Part shown: in pieces, positions 48,917-60,898 of the stretch | How positions within the stretch are numbered: the first letter of the stretch is position 1 | Layout of the letters: each line of letters starts with the position of its first letter | Assembly: GCF_963921235.1 (NCBI RefSeq) | Contig: NC_086097.1 | Span: 52,702,001 to 52,766,000 of the forward strand | Reading direction: 5' to 3' | Length of the DNA stretch: 64,000 bases | DNA from: Mobula hypostoma | Taxonomy: Eukaryota | Notes under the pieces: generated by a model | The model's database searches: none | What the model was told of the DNA's origin: nothing | Seen by the model: only the letters and a program-made list of their open reading frames with translations | Made by a program: the position numbers and the translations under genes

Positions 48917-50517
48917 TGTATTGTGTATTTAACATTTCAGTAATATCTGAGTAATATTGTAAATATATTTTTGATTAAGCATACTTTGTTGTTTACATAA
49001 ATTGTTATGGGTCATATGTAAAAGTATGTAAGTGACATACGCTATGATGCCACCATGTCATATGGCACACCTCACTAAAGTAAAAGCAAAGCGTACACAT
49101 TCTTCTAGGTTTCTGTATTTTCTCTTTCAGTTAGTTTTATGTTTTGGAGTTACAAAACATAACAGTGGCAATGAGAATGTTTTAAAATTAACCCAAGATG
49201 ACTACCTACCTGTTGAAGTGCAGAGAGATGCTCGAGATTTTAAAAAGCACATTTTTAACTACATATCAGGAGGAAACGGCAATGGACAAAGCAGTGTGAG
49301 GTGGCTTTCAAAACCATAAAGGAAGTGACGTGTTGAAACACTGTATTCACAAACTATAATCCATATCGTCCAGTGACGCTTGCCTTGCACTATGATAGAG
49401 GTGCAGCCATCTCACATGTTTGAGTGATAGATGTGAATGCTCCTTTGATTCACGTTCCCTTACCACTGCAGAGAAAAGTTATACACAGATTGACAGAGAG
49501 GCTTTGAATCTGGTTTGGGGTATAAAATACTTCAACCAGTATCTGTGTGGGAGAAAGTTTATTCTCATTACTGATCATCAACCACTAGTGTCCATTTTCA
49601 ATCCACAGAAAGATGTTCCACTAACCGCAGCAGTATAAATACCAAGATTGGCTCCCTTTCTATGAAATTACAGTTACAAGATTGAATTAAAGAGGGTGAC
49701 TGATCATGGAAATACTCTTGAAAAAGGAAATACCTGAAAATTTTACACAACAGTGGATATTCCTCAACATATCCTCCTTAATGCAAATTTAGAGTCTCCC
49801 TATTACAATAGAGATGAGCCAAAGCGAACCAAGAAAATACCTCACCTTGTCTCAGATCGACATGGCAACCATAAATGGCTGGAATGCGCAGCAGAAATCC
49901 CAATTCTCCCATTTTAACCAGTGGAGGATGAACTTGCCCTTAAACAGGGGTTGCCTTTTGTGGGGATTGAGAGTAGTTGTACCATTTAAGCTGAGAGCTA
50001 AAGTGTTGGAGCTACATACCAGTCATCTAGACGTGGTCAAAGTGAAAACATTGGCTCAAAGCTTTGTCTGGTGGCTTGGGATAGATCAGCAGATCGAGCA
50101 GAAGAAAGATATCCAGATCTATCAGAACCACTTCCAGAGTCAGCTTCTACAACCACCATGGAGGAGGCCCAAGAATCTAAGATTCTTCACAGCCACAAGT
50201 CTCACCTGCCAAGGAGAGTAACCCTCCCTTGTCAGGAAAGGCATTATCCCACAAGTGTAAGAAATCCTCAACAGCAATTAAATCTTTAAGCTTGAAAGGG
50301 ACAATTTAAAATTGACTGCTGTGAATGTCTATGTAGTAGTTATTTTGTATAGTATGCTGTATATATAGTTGATCTGCATTCAAAATTGAGTTGCAGTTTA
50401 TAGCTAAGCAGCAAGGAATGTGTGCGTTCAATATTTCAGTAACATTGAGTAATACTGTAAATATATTGTTTGATTAAGCATTCTTTGTGATTTACATAAT
50501 TTGTTATGGGTTACATC
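48917..50517 (+). mobile_element. Internally deleted Gypsy LTR retrotransposon
   Basis: 5' LTR ~48917-49164 ending AACA; degenerate PBS TGGCAATGAGAATG; RNase H 'AEKSYTQIDREAL..GRKFILITDHQPL'; integrase Zn region 'LHTSHL..VWWLGIDQQIE'; purine tract 50406-50418; partial 3' LTR from 50419. Confidence 0.88.
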
Positions 50518-50539
50518 ACTGGTTACATTATGGATCTTT

Positions 50540-53500
50540 CCGTTGGCCCAATTAAAAATTGTGATTCATTAGTAAAGGCAAATGAAAATAAGGCAGGGAC
50601 AAGCAGAGCAGCAATTGATAGAGTGGATCAGGGTTAGAGTGAGGAGATTTGGGCTCATTGGGCTTCAGTGAGAACAGGGTAGGGTGAAATAAGTATCTGG
50701 TAAGTTTCTTCTTCTTTCTTCTTCATTCTTGAAACATAATGGCACTAATGAAATGGGTAGGAAAAGGTTGCAGGTCCTGAAGAGAGAATTTAGGGAACTG
50801 AAAAGCAATACCTGCAGGGTAGTGATCTCTGGATTGCTGCCTGTGCCGGTGAGGGTAAGAATAGGCTGATTTGGCAGATGAATGTGTGGCTGAGGACCTG
50901 GTGCAGGGGCAGGGTTTCAGATTTCTTGATCATTAGGATCTCTTCTGGTGATTATATGACCTATACAAAATGGAAAGGTGACACATGAACCTAAGGGGAC
51001 CAATATTCTTGTGGGCAGGTTTGCTAGAACTGTGGGGATGCTGGAGACTAATTTGCCAGGGGAATGGGAAACTGGATGATAGATTTGAGGATGGGGCAGT
51101 GGGCATACAAGCAGAGGCAGCGTGTAGTGAGGGTGTCAGGAAGAACAGGAAAATGACAGGGCAAAATTGAAATCAGTGAGATGAGGCAGTGTAACAGGGG
51201 GACAAAATTGAAAAGGGTGATGAATATAGGATTGAAAGTTCTATATTTGAATGCATACAGTGTACTAAAGAGGTAGATGACCTTGCAGCACAGTTAGAAA
51301 TTGGCAGGTATGACATTATGGGCATTTCTGAGCCATGGCTGAAAGAAGATCATAGTTTGGAGCTTAACATCCAAGGATTCACATTGTATCGAAAGGACAG
51401 GCATGTAGGCAGAGCGGTGGTGGTGTGGCTCTATTGATAAAAAATGAAATCAAATCCTTAGAAAGAGGTTACATTGGATAGGAAGATGTAGAATCATTGT
51501 TGGTAAAGCTAAGAATTTGCAAGGGTAAAATGACCCTGATGGGAGTTATACACAGGCCTCCAAACAGTAGTCAGGATGTGGATTCAAATTACAATGGGAG
51601 GTAGAAAATGCACGTCAAAAAGGCAAGATCATGATTGTCATGGGAGGAGTTCAATATGCAGATAGATTGGGAAAATCATGTCGGTGCTGATTTTGGATTC
51701 CTGAAGAAAGAATTTGTAGATTGCCTGTGAGATGGCTTTTTAGAGCAGCTTGCGATTGAACCCACCAGGGGAAAGGCAGTTCTGGATTGTTTGTTAGATA
51801 ATAAGCCGGATTTGATTAGAGAGCTTAAGGTAAAGGAACCCATAGGGAAAAAGTGAACATAATATGATGGAATTCACCCTGCAATTTGAGAGGGCAAAGG
51901 TAAAGCCAAATGCATCAGTATTACCGTTGAGGAAAGGGAATTACAGAGGCAAGAGAGAGGAGCTGGCTGATGTTGATTGGAAGTGGACTCTCACTGGGAT
52001 GACAGCAGAGCAGCAATGGCTGGAGTTTCTGGAAGCGATTTGGAAGGTGCAGGACAAATACATCCCAAAGAAGAAGAAATATTCTAAAGGCAAGGTGACA
52101 TAACAATGGCTGACAAGGGAAGTCAAAGCTAACACAAAAACCGAAGACGGGCATATAATAGAGCAAAAATTAGTGGGAAAGAGGATTGGGAGGCTTTTAA
52201 AAACCAAATGAAGGCAATTTAAAAAGCCTTAAGGAGGGAAAGGATGAAATATGAAGGTAAGCTGTAATATCAAAGAATATACCAAAGTTTTTTTAGGTAT
52301 ATAAAGAGAAAAACAGAGATAAGAGTAGATATTGGACAGCTGGAAAATGATGCTGGAGAGGTAGTAATGGGGTACAACAAAATGACGAAAGAACTGAATA
52401 AATATTTTTCATGAGTCTTCACTGTGGAAGACAGTAACAGTATGCCAGAAATTTGAGAGTGTCAGGGAGCAGAAGTGAGTGCAGTTGCTCTCACTAGAGA
52501 GAAGATAATTGGGAAGCAGAACGGTCTGAAGGTAAGTAAGTCACATGGACCAGATCAACTTCCCCAAGGTTCTGAAAGAGGTGGCTGAAGAGATTGTGGA
52601 GGCATTAGGAATAATCTTTCAAGAATCAATAGATACTTACATGGTTTTCCAGAAGAATGGAAAATTACGAACGTCACTCTTCAAGAAGGGAAGGAGGCAG
52701 AAGAAAGGAAGTTATTTGGCCAATGAACGGGAGAGGTTGGAGTCCATTGTTAATGATGAGATTTCAGGGTACTTGGGAACACGTGATTAAATAGGCCAAA
52801 GTCAGCATGGTTTTCTTAAGTGGAAATCCTGCCTGACAAGTCTGTTGGAATTCTTTGCAAAAATAACAAACAGGATAAACAAAGGAGAATCAGTGGATGT
52901 TGTGTACTTGGATTTTCAGAAGGCCTTTTACAAGGTGCAGCACATGAGGTTATTTGGCTACATAAGATCCCATGGTATAACAGGAAAGATACAATACCAG
53001 CATGGATAAAGCATTGGCTGATTGGCAGGAGACAAAGAATGGAAGTAAAGGGAGCCTTTTCTGATTGGCTGCTGGTGACCAATGATGTACCGCAGGGGTC
53101 GATGTTGAGACCATTTCTTTTTACGTCTTATTTCAATGATTTGGATGATAGAATTGATGGATTTTCAGCTAAGTGTGCAGATGATTCAAAGATAGGTTGA
53201 GGGGCAGGTAGTGTTGAGGAAGAAGGGAGACTGCAGAAGGACTTAGACAAATTAGGAGATTGGGCAAAGAAGTGGCAGATGAATGCAGTGCCAGGAAGTG
53301 TATGGCCATGCACTTTGGAAGAAGGAATAAAAGCTTAGACTATTTTCTTAATGGGGAGAATATTTAAAAATCCAAGGTGCAAAGGTACTTGGGAGTCGTC
53401 ATGCAGGATTCCCTAAAAGTTAACTTACAGGTTGAGTCAGTGAAGAGGAAGTCAAGTGCAATGTTATCATTAATTTTGAGAGGACTTGAATATAAAAGCA

Positions 53501-54077
53501 AGGATGTAATGCTGAATCCTTATAAGTCATTAGTGATGCCACTCTAGGAGTATTGTGAGGATTTTTGGGCTCTTTCTCTAAGAAGTGTGCTGACATTGTG
53601 AAGGGTTCAAAAGTGGTTCATGAAAATTATTTTGGGAATGGAAAGGTTATCATATGAGGTGTTTGATGGCTCTGGGCCTGTATTCACTGGAATTTAGAAG
53701 AATGAGGTGGATCTCATTGAAACCTATCGAATGTTGAAAGGCCTACATTGAGTGGATGTGGAGAGGATGTTTCCTTTGATGGGGGAATCTAGAACCAAAG
53801 GGCACAACCTCAGAAAGAGGGAGCTCCATTTGGATGGAGATGAGGAGGAATTTCTTTAGCCAAAGGGTGGTGAATCTGTGGAATTCTTTGCCACAGATGG
53901 ATGTGGAGGCCAGGTCATTGTGTGTATTTGAGGCAGAGATTTAAAGGTTTTTGATTACTCAGGGCATGAAGAGATACTGGGAGAAGGCAGGAGATTGGGG
54001 TTGAGAGGGAACTAGATCAGCCATGATGAAATGGCAGAGTAAACTTGATGGGTCTACTGGCCTAATTCTGCTCCGAC
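50540..54077 (+). mobile_element. Decayed CR1 LINE (5' UTR remnant, deleted ORF1, ORF2, 3' UTR)
   Basis: Collinear with 41625-45325; 'VPQGSMLRPFLF', 'KCADDSKIG'. Confidence 0.92.
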
Positions 54078-54080
54078 AGG

Positions 54081-54503
54081 ACTGTGCAAAAGCCTTAGGC
54101 ACATATAAATAGCCAGGGTGCCTAAGGCAAAGCACAGCACTGTACTAATTTTATGTTTTGCACTGTACTGCCATCATTAAAAAAAATACAAATTTCATGA
54201 CATCTGTGCACGATGATAAACCTGACTCTGATATGAGTCTCTATTGTGGGCTGAAAGTGGGAAGGGGGCAGGGAGAGGGGAGAGAACAGGGAGCACCAGC
54301 GAGACATTCTATAATGATCAATCGTTTGGAATCAAGTTACCTTGCCTGGTGTCTTAGAATTGGGTGCGTCTACACCCAAGCCACCCTCCTGCCCTTGGCA
54401 CTCCTTTGCTGCCACCTGTCCCACACCTTTCTCAGCATTCACCATTCGCAAAAGCTTTTGCTCTGGCCAGATTTCCAAACTGGCTCTCCACTTGTCCCAC
54501 AAA
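54081..54503 (+). mobile_element. Composite repeat: ~65-bp Tc1-like mini-MITE, Rex1-type tail and unknown segment
   Basis: 'ctgtgcaaaagccttaggcac..gtgcctaaggcaaagcacag' inverted pair followed by a tail homologous to 40770-40848. Confidence 0.55.
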
Positions 54504-54971
54504 CCAGTTCCTGGCAAGTTTCCACAACAGGAAGCTATCACAACTGCCTGCTGAGACCTAGTCTTGTGTAGCAGATACCACATCACAGTGACACAAGTCA
54601 CATGATACGTCATACTGATTGTCACATTCATTTAGGGCCTAGGCTGGGTGGGTTCCCAGGCACCTTTCCTGAAGAATTTCTTTGTGGACAGCTTGTAATC
54701 TCATTGTTAAAGCAAATAAAAGTCATATTCTGCCCGAGTCTAAGCTTTGTCCTCTGCTGGTTTGAGTCAAGTACATTGATTCATGCTGACACTCCCTCCT
54801 GTTTCCGGTCAAGAGCACTTGGAATGCTTAAGTCTAGACAAAAAAAGTCACAGGTCTACTGAGTTTGGTTTTCTATTTTCTCCTCACCTATGATCTAATA
54901 CACTGAGGAGCAATCCTTTTCACCTAAGCCAATTTGTATGATGACGGACTACAACGAATTCTAACAGAGAT

Positions 54972-55197
54972 ATTTATTTATTTAGAGATCCAGCACGGTA
55001 ACAGAGCCTACCAGTCCAATGAACCTATGCTGCCCAATTACACCCATGTGACTAATTGGATCTACTAACCCAAATGCCTTTGGAATGGGGGAGGAAACTA
55101 CTGAGCACCCAGAGGAAACCTAAGGGGTCACAGGGAGAGTGTACAAAGGCCTTACAGACAATGGTGGAAACTGAGCCTCTACGTTACTGTGCTGCCC
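54972..55197 (-). mobile_element. V-domain SINE
   Basis: 'ttatttagagatccagcacggtaacag...gaggaaac...gagcacccagaggaaacc...gtcacagggagag'. Confidence 0.75.
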
Positions 55198-56107
55198 TTA
55201 ACAAGTAATGAAGTACATCTGTGCTAGTTGTAAGCATGCAAACACTGAAATGTTAGACTCCTATATAAATCATGTGATATTCCCTTTTGACCAATGTATA
55301 CTATTTGTGGGAAAAAGTCCCAGAGGTTTTTTTTAAGTACTTTTATCACCTTCCTGCAGATGCTCTTTCAAGTTTATCAAGAAGTCTCTTTAGCCAGAAT
55401 ATAGATGCCCCTTTTCACAAGTCAATGCTTTTAAACCAAGTTACAGCCTTGGGAACCGTGATATTTTAATGCCGCTGCTGCAGAGTGTATTCTCACTGTT
55501 CAGCTGTTAACATCTTGGAATAACTTAATTGTTCCGCTTAACAAATATCTGGTTAACAGCTGCAAAATAAACATGAGAAAGTTCTCTGGAATTACGCAGC
55601 TACCAGGAAATAAAAACAATTAGAACAGTGGTACATTACGCACAACAACTTATAAAAGCTTGTTATCTATTATAGTAATGAGCCAGAGGAAGCATGCTTA
55701 TTTTGATATGCTGCGGTGGAGTTTGCAATTCACAGTAAATTCTACATAATATGGCCAACTTTAAATGAAAAGCACTTCAGTTCATGTTTTATTCCAATGA
55801 ATTATTGCATCATAATTCCTGTACCAATGACCTAAAACAGTCTACACAATCATATAATCTTATAGGCCATTTAACCCATCATATCTATGCCAGTTCAATG
55901 AAAGGTCTATCCACTTGGTTTATTAATCTTTTATCATGAATATTATGTTCATTCATTTCACTTTTTAAATGTTACTGATTAATTAAAGAGGCCTTCAATT
56001 TCCAATCAAAATATGGATTTTATGGATTTGTAGTTATGTTTCTTTACTTAAGACTCCTTTGTTTAAATCAAAACTTCAGAAACTCAAAGGACAGCTTTGT
56101 GTTTCCA

Positions 56108-56500
56108 AGTGGACCATGGGAGAAAGAGAAGGAGGAGGGGCACCAGAGGGAGGTGATGGCAGGTGAGGAGAAGAGAAGAAGAGGGAAGCCAGAATTACAT
56201 GCTCCACGCCTATCAGTTTCCTTTGTCTTCAGACCTTTGCCTCTTCCACCTATCACCTCCCAGCTTCTCACTTCATTCTCCCTCCCGCCCACCTGGCTTC
56301 ACCTACCACCTGTCAGCTTGTGTTCTTTCCCTTCCCCCCACCTTCTTATCCTGGTTTCTTCACCCTTCCTTTCAAGTCCTGATGAAGGATCTCAGCCCAA
56401 AATGTAGACTATATAATCATTTCCATAGATGCTACCTGACCAGCTGAATTCCTCAAGCATTTTGTTTGTGTTGCTCTGGATCTGCAGAATCTCTTGTGTT
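56108..56500. mobile_element. PLE tail with inverted 5' piece and degenerate HHR (56375-56410)
   Basis: Purine-rich minus piece 56108-56195, then plus tail 'agtcctgatgaaggatctcagcccaaaatgtagact'. Confidence 0.7.
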
Positions 56501-56633
56501 TGCCATGGAGGACATTGTATTTTGGGCTCCTCTGTATGTTTATTACATGAGCTTAAATGCTTCTGTCAGCTGCACTACTCCAAGGAGAAGGTTTGCAGTC
56601 CCTCCATACAGCACCAATCCTGAAATCATTTCT

Positions 56634-57660
56634 GAATCAGAATCAGGTTTAATATCACTGGCGTATGTCATGAATTTTGTTGCTTTGTGACAGCAGTACA
56701 TTGCAATACACTAATAAAAAACTATAAATTACAATAAGAAGTGTGTATATATATAAATTAACAACGAGAGGAAAAAATAGTGAGGTAGTGTTCATGGGTT
56801 CATTACTCACTCATAAATCTGATGGCAGAGGGGAAGAAGATGTTACAGAAATATTGAGTGTGTATCTTCAGGCTCCTGTACCTTCTCCTTGATGGCAGCA
56901 ATGAGAAGAGGGCATGTCCTGCATGATGGGAGTCCTTAATGATGGATGCTGCCTTTTGTGGCCTCACCTTTTGAAGGTGTTCTGGATGCTGGGGAGGCTG
57001 GTGCCCATGATGGAGCTGGCTGAGTTCACAACTTTCTGTACCTTTTTCCGATCTTGTGCAGTGGCCACTCCATACCAGATGGGTATGCAACCAGTTAAGA
57101 TATTCTCCACTGTACATCTGTTGAAATTTGCAAGTGTCTCTGGTAATATACATAGTTTCCACAAAATCCTATTGAAATACAGCCGCCTTCAGCTCTTCCT
57201 TGTAATTGCATCAATGTGTTGGGCCCAGGATAGATCTTCAGAGGTGTTGACACCCAGAAACAGTTCACACTTTCGAGTGTTGATCCTTTGCTAAGGACTG
57301 GTGTATGTTCCATCAACTTCCCCTTCCGGAAATCCACAATCAATTCCTTGGTCTTATTGACATTGAGTGCAAGGTTGTTGTTCCAATGCCACTCAGTCAA
57401 CTGATATATTTTGATCTTATGCACCTCCTCATCACCATTTGAAATATTGCCAACAATAGCTGTGATTGATGGCGTTTGAGCTGTACCTGTCCACAGGTGT
57501 AGAGAGAGTAGAGCTAAGCATGCATCCTTGAGGTGTCCTAGGGTGGATTGTCAGTGAGGATGGGATGTTAATTCTGATCCACACTGACTGTGGTCTCCCA
57601 GCGAAGAAGTCAAGGATCCATTGGAAGGAGAGGTACTGAGGCCCAGTTTTGGAGCTTGAT
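56634..57660 (-). mobile_element. Rex1/Babar LINE 3' portion
   Basis: (gaatca)n tail; 'NNLALNVNKTKELIVDFRK', 'NFNRCTVENILTGCIPIWYG', 'LFSLLPSRRRYRSLK'. Confidence 0.88.
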
Positions 57661-59892
57661 GCTTTGGTGCATCAGCAAATATTTCTGCTCCCTATACAAA
57701 GCATCCAAACATGCAATTGTAGCTGGGGCTCGGCATTATAAATGTTAATCAAAATATCTTTACTCTTGTACCACAAGGTTCTATTCAGAGTCCTGGATCC
57801 TGTGTTTTTTTTGAACTATTTTCTCAACCTGCCATAGCACTTTCAATCAAACATTCACAGACTCTTCTAGATCTCTCAACTCTTGCAATTTTATAAATTT
57901 CCCTGGAATTTTTACAGTGATTGCCTTCTAAGCATTAAGATCATTGTGAAGTAAAGAAAAATAAAATAAATTTACTTTTGTTCCCTTACCTACTCACTAA
58001 TATTATGTCAGATAACAATCAATAAAACATGTATGTTTTTGTTGACCTTTTTCCATTACATGGTCTCCAGGATAAGAGAATAAATAAAAAAAATCATTTC
58101 AGCTGCACTGTTTACTGACCAGTGTATATTGGGAATGAACCCCGACCATTGCTTTGGTTCTAGTTCAATCAGCACAAGAGTTGCATGGAAAAATTTCATT
58201 TGATCTTTAATTGCAGGCTGTACGGATTCAGATGGAACTGAGAAGGACTGAACAAATAATAGCTGAGTTCAGTTCAAGTAAAAGGATGAGTAATATGGAA
58301 TTTTCTGTGGAGGTATAAAGCTTGGAAGGTCTGAAGACAGTTGGTTATGATGCACTATAGGGTCTCCATGCAGGGTCTAACTTACCAAATAACCTTAGTG
58401 ATATGTAATTCCTTTGTGGTACAGGCACGCAGAGAGTTAGTCATCTGTATCTGCCATTAAGGATTGCTTATTGAGTTTATTTTAGAAGAATGATGCTGTA
58501 TGAGGAATTGTTGTAAAATGACTTGTACAGAGGCAGAGAAAACTAATTTTCCAGCTGGAAAATTCCTTGTGCAATGTGTCATTCAGTTGACGTGCATTGC
58601 TAAATGAATCAGGATGTAGGGTGGAGCTCTCTCTTGTTCAAGAGAATCTTCAGAAGTCTTCTATTTTAAGTGTTCATTGTCCATCAAGGAAAACACTTCT
58701 ATCAAATATTTAAATATCAAGATTTCTGGTAGCTTTCAAATTTGCATAAATATTTCTTTGATGAGTATCTGAAAGCAAGTTTTAGAAAATGCTTTTAAAA
58801 ATAATTTTTACTTGCATTATATTCTCTGCCTAAATTTTAGATCTTGAATCACTTAGCTATTTTTCTAGTATTTAATTTAACTGACACACCCTTCGTGGGT
58901 CCAAATGATTCAATAGTTGAATGGTTCAATTTGAACAGCAAACCAGAAAATTATTTCTGTTTAATATATCACCCCCCCAGAAAAAAAACACAGCAAATAA
59001 CAAACCTTCATCAGTCTCAGTTGATACCACCATTTGTCTCCACCTTTCCAAAGATATTCCCTTTGATCTCTCATACTTGTTTTCATACTTTTCCAACTCA
59101 GATGATCATTCATTGACCTGAAACGTAAACTCTTTGTGTCTATTGTCAAGGATGCTGAATATTTCCGGCATTTTCTGCTTTGATAACAGAAAGAAGACTC
59201 ATTGATTTACAAAAAGATAACAGTTCTGGGCTCATCTCTAATCCATTCTTTACTGTGGGTTAGCACTCCATTGCAACCTTCGGTATTTCAAACACCAAGT
59301 TATATACCTTCTGTGTGCTTTAATCCGTAACAGATATTCCTGTTGTATAGTACTACAAGTCAATGCAGTCCTTAGTTTTAAGCCCCATTCTAATGACATT
59401 TGCACATTCAGTCCAGGTCATGCAGAGCTAGCTATGTTAGACATAATTGTGGCCAAGCCTTATTTTAGATGCGTGGGGAAACTTCTGTTTTCCACAGAGA
59501 AATGTTAGCATCTGTACCAAATCAGCATGATTCTTGCCCAATACCAGGACTCAGTGCCAACTCAAAAGCCACAGGGTTAACTTCAGGACAGACTAGCAAC
59601 CAAAGACAAGAATGATGTGGGCTCAGATGAACAGCACAGAAAATAGGACACAGTAATTGCTTTTAGCATAAAATTACTAAGAATGGTAAGATTTTTAACA
59701 TTCAGTTTTGATGTATTAAAGACATCAAACTTGAGAAGACGGTTGATTAGAAACCAACTTCATAAGAAAATAAACAGGTTGATGGTTTAAGCAGAAGCAA
59801 GGCAGGTGAAATTTAATGCAGCCAAACAGATAGTCACCTGTGTTGATGGGAATAATGTAGCCATCCTAAGAAATGTAGAATTTGAAGGGAAG

Positions 59893-60580
59893 ATGGCGAC
59901 GTGACGCAGCGTGCAGTGGCCACTCCGGAATGAATATCGGCTATTTGTTGAGTAGGATGCCGTGCACAATCCTGATTTGACGGAGACGGACGTGAGAAGC
60001 ACGGAGGAACACCTGGTGAAACTTCTGAAATGCCTGTTTCACTGCCGCTGCTACTGTGCGATCCAGAATCACTGGAGAGGAAGGCCCCGAATCCTCAGCT
60101 TTGCCTGTTGCTTGGCAGCTGGGGCCGGGGTTGAAGCGCTTGGCAGAGATGGTGCTCAGTGCTCGGTGCTCGGTGTTGAAGGGCTGGTCAGAGGCTCGAA
60201 GTTTTTGGACGGACTCAGACTCGGCTGTGGTCAGGTGCTTCCAGGGTGCTGCATCGGCAAGTTTGCGGCGCTGGAGGTTCATGGCAGGGAGAATTTTTCT
60301 TCCTTCTACCGTCTGCATAAGATGATGGGGCTATCGGGACTTCGAGACTTTTTTTTACCATGCCCATGGTCTGCTCTTATTGAATTATGGTATTGCTTTG
60401 CACTGTTGTAACTGTTGTAACGATATGTTACAATTATGTGGTTTTTGTCAGTTTTAGTCTTGGTCTGTCTTGTGTTTCTGTGATATCATACTGGAGGAAC
60501 ATTGTATCATTTCTTAATGCATGCATTACTAAATGACAATAAACGAGGACTGAGTGTCCTCATAATCTAATCTAATCTAA
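59893..60580 (+). mobile_element. Young non-autonomous LINE-derived short element (CpG-rich head, LINE tail)
   Basis: Starts GAAGATGGCG; ends AATAAA, GAGGAC-tgagt-GTCCTC hairpin and (CTAAT)n. Confidence 0.7.
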
Positions 60581-60707
60581 TTTAAATACTGGATGTACAG
60601 GAGTTGTGAAGGACACTTAGAATTTGCTTTGATTTTATCACTGCAAAAGGGCAAAATCAAGAAGATTTGAAAAATCTTGAATTTGAAAAAAGATTTAATG
60701 TCTGAGA

Positions 60708-60898
60708 CACGAGGAATTCTGCAGATGCTGGAAATTCAAGCAACACACATCAAATTTGCTGGTGAACGCAGCAGGCCAGGCAGCATCTCTAGGAAGAGGT
60801 ACAGTCGACGTTTCGGGCCGAGACCCTTCATCAGGACTAACTGAAGGGTCTCGGCCTGAAACGTAGACTGTACCTCTTCCTAGAGATGCTGTCTGGCC
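60708..60898. mobile_element. Fold-back PLE terminal mini-element
   Basis: 13-bp TSD TTAATGTCTGAGA at 60695-60707 and 60899-60911; minus tail 60708-60845, plus partial tail 60842-60898. Confidence 0.92.
60803..60838 (-). ncRNA. Minimal type I hammerhead ribozyme, intact core
   Basis: Minus: AGTC CTGATGA a GGG tctcgg CCC GAAA C GTC GACT. Confidence 0.8.

Noticed and set aside
54504..54790. Possible truncated solo LTR (AATAAA, ends TGACA)
   Set aside because: No 5' TG boundary, TSD or second copy to support it.
59941..60411. Overlapping 89-149 aa ORFs
   Set aside because: By-product of a GC-rich repeat head; no recognisable domain.
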